From: a bacterium
GTDB taxonomy: Bacteria; ARS69
Assembly (NCBI GenBank): GCA_046330135.1
Contig: JAXLTI010000011.1
Span: 11,848 to 75,847 of the forward strand
Direction: 5' to 3'
DNA: 64,000 bases
Shown: piece by piece, positions 47,342-57,457 of the stretch
Layout: every line of letters starts with the position of its first letter
Position numbering within the stretch: the first letter of the stretch is position 1
Program-made: the position numbers and the translations under genes
Notes under the pieces: model-generated
What the model was told of the DNA's origin: nothing
The model's input: the letters and a program-made list of their open reading frames with translations, nothing else
Database searches by the model: none

Positions 47342-47440
47342 CCCGACCTGTCGGTTGTCCGCTCGGATTGGTCGTCGAGAGACGACTGGCAGGCCCGACG
47401 TCCGGGAGAAGAGGGCTCGCTAATCAGGGTGGTACTGGGG

Positions 47441-48547
47441 TCATTCCAGGCGCGTAGGAAGAACTCGCGCATCAGCACGTCCCGGTGCAGCGTCCAGCAG
47501 CCTCACCGCCGACTCCCTCGCCGCCGGGGAGAGATGCGTGTACCGCTGGGTCATCGAGAGGTCCGCGTGCCGCATGAGTTCCTGGATGGCCTTGGGGCTC
47601 GCCCCGCGCATGGCGAGGTGCGCGCCGAACGTATGCCGCAGGGCGTGTACCCCGCGCGGCGGCAGCCCGGCGAGCCGCTCGGTCTGCTCGATGTAGACCC
47701 GGACGATCTTCTCGGTGAGGGATCGCCCGTCATCCCGGCACAGCACGCGGCCGTCCTGCGAGAGTAGCCGCGAGCGCGGCTGGTGCGCGGCGAGCGCGGT
47801 GGCGAGCCGCTGGCACAGGTCCACGATGCCGCTGCGCCCGCCCTTCGGCGTATCGACGTGTCCCCGCCAGTCGTTCTGCCGCACCGTGATCCGTGTGCGC
47901 GGCAGGTCCACGTCGGTCCACCTTAGCGCGATCATCTCGCCGAGCCGCAGCCCCGCGAGCGCGCCGAGCGCGACGATCAGCTCCGCGTTCGGCCCGACCT
48001 TCGCCGCGGCGCGCTCCAAGCGGTCCAGTTCGTCGAAGTCCCAGAATCCCGCCTCGGTGTGCGGGCGCGACAGCATGCGGATGGTGCACGGCATGCGGTC
48101 GATGACCTGCCACTCGAGCGCGAGCTTGAGCAGCGAAGACAAGACCGTGAGCGCGTTGTTCACGCTGGACGGCGCTCCCTCGCGCAGCCGGAGCTTCACG
48201 CGCGCGACGTCTTCGGCCGTGATGTCGCTGAGTCGCCGCCGCCCGAGGAGCGGCAGCAGATGAACCTTCAGGGCCGACTCCTTGCGCACGACGCCGGACG
48301 TCTTGTGCCGTTCGCTCCGGCAGTGATCGATGAAGCGCGGCGCGAACTCCCGCAGCGTCGGCGCGGCCATGTACGCCAGCCCGTTGCGCCGCAACAGATC
48401 CTGCTCCAAGGCCATGCCCCAGCGCAGCGCGGCCGTGCGAGACTTACACCCCGGAGGCATGCGGCGCACACGGAACTTGCGGCCGTTCGGAAGGCGCACA
48501 TGCACATCGCATTCCCACTTCCCTCGAAACGGCCGAACCTTCAACAC
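47441..48547 (-). CDS. int: Tyrosine integrase (368 aa)
   Basis: ...GLRLGEMIALRW...(R) ...HALRHTFGAHLAMRGASPKAIQELMRHADLSMTQRYTHL (H-R-H-Y). Confidence 0.85.
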   Translation of the reverse strand: MLKVRPFRGKWECDVHVRLPNGRKFRVRRMPPGCKSRTAALRWGMALEQDLLRRNGLAYMAAPTLREFAPRFIDHCRSERHKTSGVVRKESALKVHLLPLLGRRRLSDITAEDVARVKLRLREGAPSSVNNALTVLSSLLKLALEWQVIDRMPCTIRMLSRPHTEAGFWDFDELDRLERAAAKVGPNAELIVALGALAGLRLGEMIALRWTDVDLPRTRITVRQNDWRGHVDTPKGGRSGIVDLCQRLATALAAHQPRSRLLSQDGRVLCRDDGRSLTEKIVRVYIEQTERLAGLPPRGVHALRHTFGAHLAMRGASPKAIQELMRHADLSMTQRYTHLSPAARESAVRLLDAAPGRADARVLPTRLE

Positions 48548-48903
48548 GAGCGTCGCTCCTCGCCGTCGAGACCGAGCCAGTCGAGCAGCTCGTCGCGGCG
48601 AAACAGCACGCGCCGTCCCAGGCGCAGCACGCCCGGTACCTGCCCGCGCTCGATCGCGGCGTACAGCGCGCGTCTCGTGGTCCTGAGCAAGTCGGCTGCC
48701 TCCTGGGCCGTGAGCAGCCGCGGGAGATCGCGGGCGGGGCTCACGGCGCGCCGATCGGGCGAAGGTCGACCAACGCTCGGGTCGGCGGGGAGAGCAAGCG
48801 ACGTGTGGGCCGTGCGCGCGCGACGGGGGCGACCAGCAGGCAGCGCGGGCTGCCGGTCTACCTGCGTGCTCGGGTGGTCCACCTGTGAGGTGGAAGCCGC
48901 CAT
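48541..48903 (-). CDS. xis: Excisionase/AlpA-family HTH protein
   Basis: LLTAQEAADLLRTTRRALYAAIERGQVPGVLRLGRRVLFRRDELLDWL. The stop of the upstream gene and this ATG overlap (TGATG). Confidence 0.65.
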   Translation of the reverse strand: MAASTSQVDHPSTQVDRQPALPAGRPRRARTAHTSLALPADPSVGRPSPDRRAVSPARDLPRLLTAQEAADLLRTTRRALYAAIERGQVPGVLRLGRRVLFRRDELLDWLGLDGEERRSC

Positions 48904-49178
48904 CAGTGCGCTCTTTTCACCCGGCCAGGCTCCCGGTAGTGCTGTGGATCCGGCAGGCGGAAGACGTCGCTGTCCAGAGCCTCGGTAAGGGCGTCCGTGT
49001 CGAGGCGGTTTCCGCACGCCCCGCAGAGCGTGATCAGGGACTCGGCATGGATGACGGTGGTCGTGCCGTCGCGCTCATCCTGCTTGATCATGTGCATGAT
49101 CGCCACGGCAGCGTTGCCGTAGTCGATGGGCTTGCCGCACCAAGTGCATTGGCTGACGGGCTCGTCGTGGGCGTCCAT
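48903..49178 (-). CDS. Small zinc-ribbon protein
   Basis: SD GAGGAGGAG then ATG (49178). CTWCGKP…CGACG paired-cysteine motifs. Confidence 0.55.
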   Translation of the reverse strand: MDAHDEPVSQCTWCGKPIDYGNAAVAIMHMIKQDERDGTTTVIHAESLITLCGACGNRLDTDALTEALDSDVFRLPDPQHYREPGRVKRAH

Positions 49179-49452
49179 TGAACTCCTCCTCAGGTAAGGA
49201 ACTGTGGGGGACAACGGGTCGAAAGGGGCGGGGCGAAGCGCGGGGGCACGCCCTTGATCCGCGCGTCACCGGGACCACTTCTCCACCGCTTCTCCACCGG
49301 GGCGGCTGGTCGGCGTGCGCCGAGCCCGACGGGGATTCCGCGGTTGAAAGTGTTTCGTCGGCGCAGTAAACCAACGTCGAGCCCTCGGGCGCGGCCGAGC
49401 CGAAAGGAGCCGGCGAGGGGCTGGTCACTCTCGGCATGAGGAGAGAGCAGCC

Positions 49453-49809
49453 ATGAAAAGAGGCGCAGAGCCAAGGATGCCGGCTCCAGCGTTCGGACGC
49501 GATTCGACGCACCACAGTCCTGCCTCGGGTTTGCTCGGGGAGAGGAGCATCACTTACCTGAAGGGCATCGCCGCGGGAGGGGAGGGGACACCGATGTCAG
49601 CGAACCAGGCGGAAGATCCGAGCAGGCCGGTATCGACAACCGGCGGTGACTGGGCCGAGGTCAAGCGGCAGTCGGTCAGCAGTGGAGCCACGGCGCAGGA
49701 GGTCGTTGGGATCGTCGCAGTGACGGACGGGGGCAGCGTGACGATCAAGCCGAGCGAGCCTGCCACGCCACCGCCGCAGACACCGAAGGCGCAGGAGGGC
49801 AAAGGCTAA
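49453..49809 (+). CDS. Hypothetical protein (118 aa)
   Basis: First rightward ORF of the element. TAATG overlap with the next gene. Confidence 0.35.
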   Translation: MKRGAEPRMPAPAFGRDSTHHSPASGLLGERSITYLKGIAAGGEGTPMSANQAEDPSRPVSTTGGDWAEVKRQSVSSGATAQEVVGIVAVTDGGSVTIKPSEPATPPPQTPKAQEGKG

Positions 49810-50852
49810 TGCCACCGGCGACCGACAGGAGGACATCGGCTGCAAAGGCGGCGGAGACGTTGGAAGAACGACCATGCGGCGTCACGGCGGTGGTGCTCGC
49901 GGACGGGCATAGCCTTGAAATCTACGAGTTCGTCGACGTAATCATGGGACGACTCGGACGAGAGAGTGGGACCCTCATCAATTTGCGGAAGCCCGGGCAT
50001 CCGGGGAGATGCGACGACTCGTACAAGGAGCACCGAAGCCCTGAGCTCGAACGGCGCGACCTCGCAGCTGTAGCAGCCTACGAGAAGCGTGTCGCCGCAG
50101 TGGGCGGGGGCGACCACGTTGTCCTTGCGGCGCTGTCCGAGGAGGTGCGCGAACTGATAGGCAGTCCTCGGGTGGAACTTCCCGCCCTGGCATTCCAGAT
50201 TCCGCGACCCCCGCACCTCGGGGGTGGATACGAGTCGGTCCTCGTGAGAATACCCTTGGCGCTGCTAAAGGAGCCATCCGCGCGGAGAGATCTTGAGAAC
50301 GTGCTCTGCGAGTGGCTGTCTACCGAGGCGGTGCTCGGGGCATGTCCGAACTTCCCGATGACGGACACGGCGGAGAGCCTGGAGAGGATCAGGACGTACT
50401 TCGACAAGCTAGAGCGAGCGATCTCGGGTCTGGCTGTGCGGAGCACGAGCCCAGTGCCTGCACGACGATCAGCCCCGCCCTCGTTCTTCCCCACGCCCGC
50501 CGGAACGCTGTGGAGTCAGGTCACCATCCGATTCCGAGACGAGGAGAACATCGTCGCTCAGATCAAGGGACGCCCGCCGCGCGAGGTCAACTTCGCAGAG
50601 ATGGGCATGCGAGATCGCAGATCGGGACGCCCCTCCGTTCAGTGGGAGCTACTCCGCGATTTCGCGATTGAGCGCGGCCAGCTGGATTGGACCAGCGAAT
50701 ACGCCGATCGAAGGTCGCAGAAGCGGCGAGAGAATCTCGCGAAGGATCTGAAAGCCTACTTTCGGATCGACGAGGATCCGTTCGAGTGGTTGCCGGATCG
50801 GAAGGCGTGGAGGTCGAAGTTCGTGGCCTCGCCGCCTCCCGACCTCCAGTAG
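49809..50852 (+). CDS. Hypothetical protein (347 aa)
   Basis: Long ORF. Lower GC than the host genes. No family recognised. Confidence 0.45.
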   Translation: MPPATDRRTSAAKAAETLEERPCGVTAVVLADGHSLEIYEFVDVIMGRLGRESGTLINLRKPGHPGRCDDSYKEHRSPELERRDLAAVAAYEKRVAAVGGGDHVVLAALSEEVRELIGSPRVELPALAFQIPRPPHLGGGYESVLVRIPLALLKEPSARRDLENVLCEWLSTEAVLGACPNFPMTDTAESLERIRTYFDKLERAISGLAVRSTSPVPARRSAPPSFFPTPAGTLWSQVTIRFRDEENIVAQIKGRPPREVNFAEMGMRDRRSGRPSVQWELLRDFAIERGQLDWTSEYADRRSQKRRENLAKDLKAYFRIDEDPFEWLPDRKAWRSKFVASPPPDLQ

Positions 50853-51149
50853 ATGGACCTGCGAAATTCGTTGCCTCCGAACGGTAGCAACGGCGCCGCT
50901 TCCGGATTTTTGCTGATGTGGCCATAACCGCGCACTGCACCTTGCGATGCGCCTCCCGCGGTCCCTTCGCAAGTCGCTGACCGCACTCCATCTCGCGAAA
51001 ACTCGACAGAAGGGCTGAAAGGTCCGGTGAGGACGTTCAGCCCGAACGGTTCGTCCCGAGGAATCGGGACTCGCCCCCCGGGAGTGCCCTCACCGGACTC
51101 CTCCTGGGGGGCTTTGCTTTGCGGCACGCGTGCGCAGGGGATCACGGCG

Positions 51150-51338
51150 ATGGAGACCAAGTGGTGTTGCTCCAAGTGTGGCGCCCTTCTCGGCGTCGAT
51201 GACGGCAAGCAGGTAGCGATTCGGTACAAGGAAGCTCAGTACCTCGTTGGCGGCACGGACTACGCCGTCACGACCGTGTGTCGCCAGTGTCACACGCTGA
51301 ATTCGACAGGGAGCCCGAACGAGGCGAACGAGCGGTAA
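51150..51338 (+). CDS. Small zinc-finger protein (Com-like CxxC…CxxC)
   Basis: METKWCCSKCGALLG...TVCRQCHTLN. Confidence 0.45.
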   Translation: METKWCCSKCGALLGVDDGKQVAIRYKEAQYLVGGTDYAVTTVCRQCHTLNSTGSPNEANER

Positions 51339-51422
51339 CGGACCTCCTCTTCACCGAGAGGTGCGCGACGCCCGAGTCGGCCATCTGAGGCGCGAGACGC
51401 CCGGCCAGAACGGCTGGGCGTC

Positions 51423-52175
51423 TTGCCATTCGACCGTCAGAACGACCACCGCCTCTTGGAGCGGCGACTACTTCAGCAGCTCTATCTCGGACACCTCGCG
51501 TGGCTTCGCGAACGCTGCGACGACCTGCGCGAGACCACGTCATGGCCGGACGCGGCGCGGCAGCTTGGGACGCCGGTTCCCGACCGCGCGCTACTCCCGA
51601 TCCTGCATTCGGTGCGCGAGGACGGCTCGGCGGCCTGGAACCCGATCCTCCTGCTCCTCTTCTGGCCGACCCTCGAACGGATCTACCGGCGGAAGAGGCG
51701 TCGATGGGGCAAGGACGACGACGAGTTCTGGACGGACGTCCTGGCGAACTTCTCCGCGGCCATCGCGCGCCTCGATCCTGAACAGCGCCCGGAGCGCATC
51801 GCGCAGAAGGTCTTCAACGACACGGCGCGCGGCCTCTACCTGACTTGTCGACGAGGATGGGTGGTCTCGCACCGGGAAGTACTGGCCGCGGACGAGGAGC
51901 CCGACCTACGCCTCGAGGTCGAGCATCCGGACGGCCGCTGGGAGGGTGAGGACGCCGACTGGCGCTGCGACCGCGAGTTCCGGCGCCGCCACTACCTGCG
52001 ACTCCTCCGGCGGCACGTGATCGCGCCCCAGGACTACCTGCTCCTGTGCGGCACGCGGGTCTGCGGCTGGACGATCGCCGTGTGCGCCGAGGGCCTCGGC
52101 ATGACCGCGGAGTCAGCCAAGAAGCGCCTCCAGCGTGTCGAGTCGAGGATTCGTCGCCTTGACCCACTTCGCTGA
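51423..52175 (+). CDS. Sigma-70 region-4-like HTH regulator (phage late-gene activator-like)
   Basis: C-terminal WTIAVCAEGLGMTAESAKKRLQRVESRIRRL resembles sigma-70 region 4 / LuxR HTH. Confidence 0.45.
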   Translation: MPFDRQNDHRLLERRLLQQLYLGHLAWLRERCDDLRETTSWPDAARQLGTPVPDRALLPILHSVREDGSAAWNPILLLLFWPTLERIYRRKRRRWGKDDDEFWTDVLANFSAAIARLDPEQRPERIAQKVFNDTARGLYLTCRRGWVVSHREVLAADEEPDLRLEVEHPDGRWEGEDADWRCDREFRRRHYLRLLRRHVIAPQDYLLLCGTRVCGWTIAVCAEGLGMTAESAKKRLQRVESRIRRLDPLR

Positions 52176-52224
52176 CGGATTCGTGTCCCCTTCGGCTCCG
52201 CATGAATGCCCTTAGGGGTCATCC

Positions 52225-52503
52225 GTGATCGACCGGGAAAGGAGGCGACGCATGACCGAGGCGGAAGTCCGCGAGTTCCTGGACGACGTGCTCGAAGAGG
52301 AGGCACTCGTCCTGGACGGGCTCGCGGAGACCCACGGCGTGAGCGATCGGTTCGTCCGACAGTTGTTCCGGAGCCTGGAGGCCATTCGCGCCCACGCGAT
52401 TGAGCGACTCGAAGGAGTTGCGGGGTCGCCATCACCTGGCGCGGGGAGCAGCCGACCCCGCCCGGCTGTCGAGGAGTTCCTCGCCAAGTTGGGGAGGAGC
52501 TGA
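52225..52503 (+). CDS. Hypothetical protein (92 aa)
   Basis: Small acidic ORF in the operon immediately before the AAA_24 gene. Confidence 0.35.
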   Translation: MIDRERRRRMTEAEVREFLDDVLEEEALVLDGLAETHGVSDRFVRQLFRSLEAIRAHAIERLEGVAGSPSPGAGSSRPRPAVEEFLAKLGRS

Positions 52504-52505
52504 TC

Positions 52506-53243
52506 GTGTCGATTCCCAACGGAACGTCACCCGCGACGCGCGGCTCCGCTTCGCCCTTCCAGAAGGCCGCGTCCGCGCCTCGTCGCCTGAAGGCGATGTT
52601 CTTCGGCGCGTCCGGCGCGGGGAAGACGACGCTCGCGCTGAGGTTCCCGAAGCCCGCACTTCTCGATCTCGAAGGCGGCGCCGATCTCTACGGCGCCCGA
52701 TTCGACTTCAGCGTGGTGCGCGCCACGAAGTGCGAGGAGATCGCCGCCGCGGTGGATTGGCTCGCCACGCATGCGGGCGTGTTCGAGACCGTCATCGTGG
52801 ATCCGATCACCGTCCTCTGGGACGCGCTCCAGCGGAAGTGGTCGGAGGTCTTCCTCCTCCGGAACCGCGGGGCGAAAGGCCATCGGCACGAGTTCTACGA
52901 GCTCGGGCCGAAGGAGTGGATGACGATCAAGGCGGACTGGCGCGAGTTCATGAGGAAACTCCTCGCGCTCGATGCCCACGTGATCGTGACCGCTCGCGAG
53001 AAGCCCGAGTACGCGGACACCGGCTTCATGCGCCAGACGGGCACGACGTTCGATGGCGAGAAGTCGCTGCCGTATCTGTTCGACGTCGTGATCCGCCAGT
53101 ACCGCGACGCTGAGGGCCGCTACTTCGCGCAGGTCATCAAGGACCGCACCGGCGCTCTCCCGACCGAACCCTTCGAACCGAAGATCGAGATCTTCCACGC
53201 CCTCCTGGCGCCCGCCGGCGAGGGCTCCACCGAGGAGGTCTGA
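52506..53243 (+). CDS. Phage Sak4-like RecA-fold ATPase (AAA_24 family)
   Basis: Walker A FFGASGAGKTTLAL, Walker B VIVDPIT. 245 aa. Followed by a DUF669 gene, a typical pairing. Confidence 0.75.
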   Translation: MSIPNGTSPATRGSASPFQKAASAPRRLKAMFFGASGAGKTTLALRFPKPALLDLEGGADLYGARFDFSVVRATKCEEIAAAVDWLATHAGVFETVIVDPITVLWDALQRKWSEVFLLRNRGAKGHRHEFYELGPKEWMTIKADWREFMRKLLALDAHVIVTAREKPEYADTGFMRQTGTTFDGEKSLPYLFDVVIRQYRDAEGRYFAQVIKDRTGALPTEPFEPKIEIFHALLAPAGEGSTEEV

Positions 53244-53244
53244 A

Positions 53245-53676
53245 ATGCCGCGCATCGACTTCAGCAATATCGACGAGGCCCAGGGCTTCGAGCCTTTGCC
53301 CGCGGGTCAGTACCGCGTCGTGATCAGCGACGTGGAGGAGAAGGCGACCAAGTCGGGCGACGAGATGTGGAACCTCTCGCTGACCGTGCTCGACGGCGAG
53401 CACCGCGACCGGCTGATCTACGACCGGATCGTGTTCAGCGAGCGTGCCCGGCCGCGCGTGAAGCTCGTGTGCTCGCGGCTCGGGCTCGACGTGTCGAAGG
53501 CCGTCGATCTCGCGCCAGCCATGCTGCTCGACCGCACGGCGCTCGTCACCGTGGAGGTCCACGAGTACCAGGACGGCCACGGGGAGACGAAGAAGGGAAA
53601 CCGGATCACCTACAACGGGTGGGAACGCGATCCGGGTCCGCAGGGGACCGAAGAGCCTTCGGAGTTGCCCTTCTAG
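53245..53676 (+). CDS. DUF669-family phage protein (SSB-like)
   Basis: LPAGQYRVVISDVEEKATKSGDEMWNLSLTVLDGEH…. Size and position next to AAA_24 are typical. Confidence 0.55.
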   Translation: MPRIDFSNIDEAQGFEPLPAGQYRVVISDVEEKATKSGDEMWNLSLTVLDGEHRDRLIYDRIVFSERARPRVKLVCSRLGLDVSKAVDLAPAMLLDRTALVTVEVHEYQDGHGETKKGNRITYNGWERDPGPQGTEEPSELPF

Positions 53677-53684
53677 GGCGCGTC

Positions 53685-54137
53685 GTGACGCGGCATCTCC
53701 CGGCGGGGCTCACGTTCATCGTCGACTCTCGCGAGCAGCGGCCGTATGCGCTGCCGGGAGCCGTCGTGCGAGCCCTGCCGGCGGGGGACTACTCGGTCGC
53801 AGGGTTCGAGGATCGCGTCGCCGTCGAGCGGAAGACACTCAGCGATGCGTACAGCTCAGTCGGCGCCAACCGCGAGCGATTCCGCCGGGAGATCGAGCGG
53901 CTCTCGAAGTACGAGTTCGCGGCGATCGTCGTGGAAGCGAGCCTCCCGCAGTTCCTCATGCCGCCGCCGTTCAGCCGCCTGCACGCGCGGGCGGCGATCG
54001 GCACGCTGCTCAGCTGGTGTGTTCGCTACCGCCTCCCGGTCCTCTTCGCGGGGGACCGAGCGCACGGCGAAGCGGCGACCCGACAGCTCCTCGAGAAGTT
54101 CGTGCGCTACCACGGGGGAGGAGGGGACGTGTGTTGA
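53685..54137 (+). CDS. ERCC4/Hef-type (or resolvase-like) nuclease
   Basis: GTG 53685. IVDSREQ…LPAGDYSV…VERKTLSDAYSS matches the D-x(n)-E…GDY…ERK…D nuclease signature. Confidence 0.5.
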   Translation: MTRHLPAGLTFIVDSREQRPYALPGAVVRALPAGDYSVAGFEDRVAVERKTLSDAYSSVGANRERFRREIERLSKYEFAAIVVEASLPQFLMPPPFSRLHARAAIGTLLSWCVRYRLPVLFAGDRAHGEAATRQLLEKFVRYHGGGGDVC

Positions 54138-56230
54138 CCGACCGGCACCTCGCCGACCTTCGCTCGTCGGGACTGACCGACGCGACCATCGCGGCGTCCG
54201 GCATCTACTCCGCGACCGGCCCTCAGGTCGCCAAGATCCTGGGCTTCGATCCAGGCCCGGGCTACGTGATCCCATACCTCGGGACCGAGGACGAGCGTGG
54301 CGTGCCCTTCCGGCGCGTGAAACCCGACACGCCCATGAACGGCAGCAACGGCAAGCCCGCGAAGTACCTCGCGCCCAAGAAGGAGGTCAACCCGGCCGGG
54401 AACCGCCTCTACGTGCCGCCCAACTTCCCGGCCGCGGCGCTTCGAGATCCGACGGTGCGGCTCTTCGGAACGGAAGGGGAGAAGAAGACGCTCGCCGGAA
54501 ACCAGGAGGGCTTCCCGACGGTCGGGTTCAGCGGCGTCACTTGCTGGGTCTCGAGGAACGGAGACAGCGTCTCGAAGCCGATCGCAGACCTCGACAGGAT
54601 CGCGTGGGAGGGCCGCGAGCTCTACCTGGTCTTCGACAGTGACGCCGCGACGAAGCCTGAGGTGAGGCACGAGGAGAAGAAGCTCGCCGCGGAGCTCACG
54701 TCACGGGGGGCGCGCGTCCGCACCGTGCGGTTACCGAAGCCCACGGCTCGCGAGGACCGGGAGTTCAAGCTCGGCGGGAAGTTCGGCATGGATGACTTCC
54801 TCAGGGTGCGGGGTTGCGCCGCGTTCGAAGGAGTGCTCACGCGCGCGAAGGAGCCCAAGCCACAGTCCGAGCCTGGTCGCCGACCGAGCGCCGACTTGGC
54901 CGAGGCGTTCCTCGATCAGAACGGGTGGCGACCCGGAGGATCGCTTCGCCTGCGGTGGTGGCGAGAGGAGTTCTATCGCTTCAACGGCATCCACTACGAG
55001 CCGCTGCCCGCCGGCGATCTTCGGGCGCAGATCAACCTCTGGTTGCAGGCCGACTCCGAGCAGCGCGGCGCCGCAGGGTCGCGTCGAGTGAGTGCGATCC
55101 TACAGAACCTGGAAGCCATGACCTTCGTGGATGCCTCCATCGAGCCGCCGGCTTGGCTCGGCGAGGAGGTCGACCGTCGCGAGTACGTCGTGCTGTCCAA
55201 CGGGATCATCGCGGTGGACGACCTGCTCGGCGCACGCTTCGACGCGCTGCAGCCTCACTCGCCGGAGTACTTCAGCCTCTCGGCGCTCCCCTTCCCGCTG
55301 GACGCCAACACGGACTGCCCGCGATGGATGAAGTTCCTCGACGAGATGCTGCCAGACCCCGCGACCCAGGCGGTCGTGAAGGAGATGTTCGGCTACCTCC
55401 TCGTCAACGACACCACGTTGGAGCGGTTCTTCCTGCTCGAAGGGGCGGGCGCGAACGGGAAGACCGTCGTCTGCACGGTGCTCCGGGAGATCCTGGGTCC
55501 CTCGAACGTCTGCGCCGTGAATCTGGAGGCGTTCAGCGCCACGCGCACGTTCCCGCTCGCCGCCACGATCGGGAAGAAGGCGAACATCGTGGAGGAGCTG
55601 GACGAGATCACGAAGGCCGCCGAGGGAACGCTCAAGAACTTCGTCACGGGCAAGCCCATGACGATCGAGCGGAAGAACAAGGACGCCTTCGAGTTCACGC
55701 CGACCGCGCGGCTGGTCTTCGCCACGAACGTGCTGCCGCGGTTCATCGATCGGACGGACGGACTCTGGCGGCGGATGACGCTGATCCCCTTCGAGAAGCA
55801 GATCCTCGACCGCTCGAAGCAGGACAAGAACCTGATCAACGCGGCGTGGTGGCGCGCCTCCGGTGAGCTTCCGGCGATCTTCCTCTGGGCGATCGGGGGC
55901 CTCGCGGACGTGAGAGCGCGGGGCGACTTCGAGGAGCCCGAAGCGTGTCGGGTGGCGAAGGAGGGATACCGACACGACTCGAACCCTGCGGGGACGTTCG
56001 TGACGGAGACCTGTGTTCTTCGGGAGGGCGTCTCGACGTCGTCGACCGTGCTGTACCGGCGATACCACGCCTGGGCCGAAGACTTCGAATATCGGCCGCT
56101 GGCGGCGACGCAGTTCGCGAAGGAGGTCCGGCGAGCCTACCCGCAGGTTCGTCTGACGGCGCACCCGCAACGATTCCCCGGAGGCAGGTCCCGAGCTTGG
56201 ATCGGGCTCGAGTACCGGGGGGAGGATTGA
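54131..56230 (+). CDS. DUF3854/TOPRIM-like primase fused to a P4/D5-family helicase
   Basis: N-terminal …LYLVFDSDAATKPEVRHEEKKLAAELTSRGARV. C-terminal Walker A LLEGAGANGKT and D5 helicase layout. Confidence 0.75.
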   Translation: MLTDRHLADLRSSGLTDATIAASGIYSATGPQVAKILGFDPGPGYVIPYLGTEDERGVPFRRVKPDTPMNGSNGKPAKYLAPKKEVNPAGNRLYVPPNFPAAALRDPTVRLFGTEGEKKTLAGNQEGFPTVGFSGVTCWVSRNGDSVSKPIADLDRIAWEGRELYLVFDSDAATKPEVRHEEKKLAAELTSRGARVRTVRLPKPTAREDREFKLGGKFGMDDFLRVRGCAAFEGVLTRAKEPKPQSEPGRRPSADLAEAFLDQNGWRPGGSLRLRWWREEFYRFNGIHYEPLPAGDLRAQINLWLQADSEQRGAAGSRRVSAILQNLEAMTFVDASIEPPAWLGEEVDRREYVVLSNGIIAVDDLLGARFDALQPHSPEYFSLSALPFPLDANTDCPRWMKFLDEMLPDPATQAVVKEMFGYLLVNDTTLERFFLLEGAGANGKTVVCTVLREILGPSNVCAVNLEAFSATRTFPLAATIGKKANIVEELDEITKAAEGTLKNFVTGKPMTIERKNKDAFEFTPTARLVFATNVLPRFIDRTDGLWRRMTLIPFEKQILDRSKQDKNLINAAWWRASGELPAIFLWAIGGLADVRARGDFEEPEACRVAKEGYRHDSNPAGTFVTETCVLREGVSTSSTVLYRRYHAWAEDFEYRPLAATQFAKEVRRAYPQVRLTAHPQRFPGGRSRAWIGLEYRGED

Positions 56231-56374
56231 CGCGGTGGCACGGCACGGCACGCCTGACTCTCTATGCAAGACGTACCTCGACAGAAGAAAGAGGAAGAAG
56301 AAGAGAGAGGCGCATAGGGCGTGAGCCGTGCCGTGCCGTGCCAGGGAACGAGGGGGAAGGGAGCGGAAGACGTG

Positions 56375-57457
56375 ATGCACCATGAGGTTGAGTCCACTTG
56401 GGAGAGGGCGCGAAGGGCCAGTCGCCGACCGCCGCGTTTCCTGGATGCCGTGCCACCCTATCTGGGCTCGAAGCGTCGCCTCCTCGGGCGGATCGCGAAG
56501 GCACTTCCGCTCCCCGCGGACGCGCCCGTGCTTCTCGACCCGTTCCTTGGCGGCGGCTCCGTCTCGCTGTTCGCGAAGCGCCGTGGCTTCCGCGTGGTCG
56601 GCAACGACATCGCCGACCGCGCGGTGATCGTCGGACGGGCGCTGATCGAGAACGACCGGGAGCGGATCTCGCGAGACGACCTGACGCGCCTCTTCGCGCT
56701 GCCCGCTGACCGGCCCGCCGGCTTCGTGGAGCGCATCCACGGCGGCGAGGTCGTGCCGGTCCGCCACGCCCGCTTCCTGGACGGCGCGCTGGCGGTCGCG
56801 CGCGCGACGCCCGGAGCGAAGGGATGGCTCCTGCGCCTGCTCTGTCTCCGGTACATCCTCGCACTCCGCCCGATGGGGAACTTCGGAGCGCGGACCATCG
56901 TGAGGCAGGTCGACGACGGCGACTGGGAGGCGATCAACCCGACGTTCCTGCGCGATCATCTCGCGCGTCGGCTCGAGTCGCACCCGCTCGCGCTCTGCGA
57001 GGAGCTGCGGCTGAAGATCAACCGCGGCGTCTTCTCGAATGGCCACGCAAACGAGGTCCATCAGCACGACGCCGTCACGTTCCTGCGCGAGACGCAGGGC
57101 GACGTCGCCTATCTCGATCCTCCTTATGGCGGCACGTCGAGCTACGAGGCAGCGCTCAAGCCTCTCGACTCGATCCTCGCCGGCGAGGTCGTCGAAGCGG
57201 CGCCGTCGCGCTTCTCAGGCCGTCGCGCGGTGGAGGCGCTGGAGGAGCTCTTCCACGCCGCGCGCCACATCCCGACGTGGGTCGTCTCCTACGGCAACGC
57301 CGTCCTCTCCGCGGGTGAGTTGGCCGCGCTCATCAACCGCTTCAAGCGCCACATCACGGTCGAAGAGATCGAGTACGCGCACCTCACGGGCCTCGCCTCG
57401 GAGGACTCGAAGGCGCGCAACCGCGAGGTCCTCATCCGCGCCTGGGAGGACCGATGA
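56375..57457 (+). CDS. D12-class N6-adenine DNA methyltransferase (Dam-like)
   Basis: FxGxG-like LDPFLGGGSVSLFA and DPPY (VAYLDPPYGGT). SD AGGGGGAAGGGAG upstream. ATGA overlap with terL. Confidence 0.8.
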   Translation: MHHEVESTWERARRASRRPPRFLDAVPPYLGSKRRLLGRIAKALPLPADAPVLLDPFLGGGSVSLFAKRRGFRVVGNDIADRAVIVGRALIENDRERISRDDLTRLFALPADRPAGFVERIHGGEVVPVRHARFLDGALAVARATPGAKGWLLRLLCLRYILALRPMGNFGARTIVRQVDDGDWEAINPTFLRDHLARRLESHPLALCEELRLKINRGVFSNGHANEVHQHDAVTFLRETQGDVAYLDPPYGGTSSYEAALKPLDSILAGEVVEAAPSRFSGRRAVEALEELFHAARHIPTWVVSYGNAVLSAGELAALINRFKRHITVEEIEYAHLTGLASEDSKARNREVLIRAWEDR

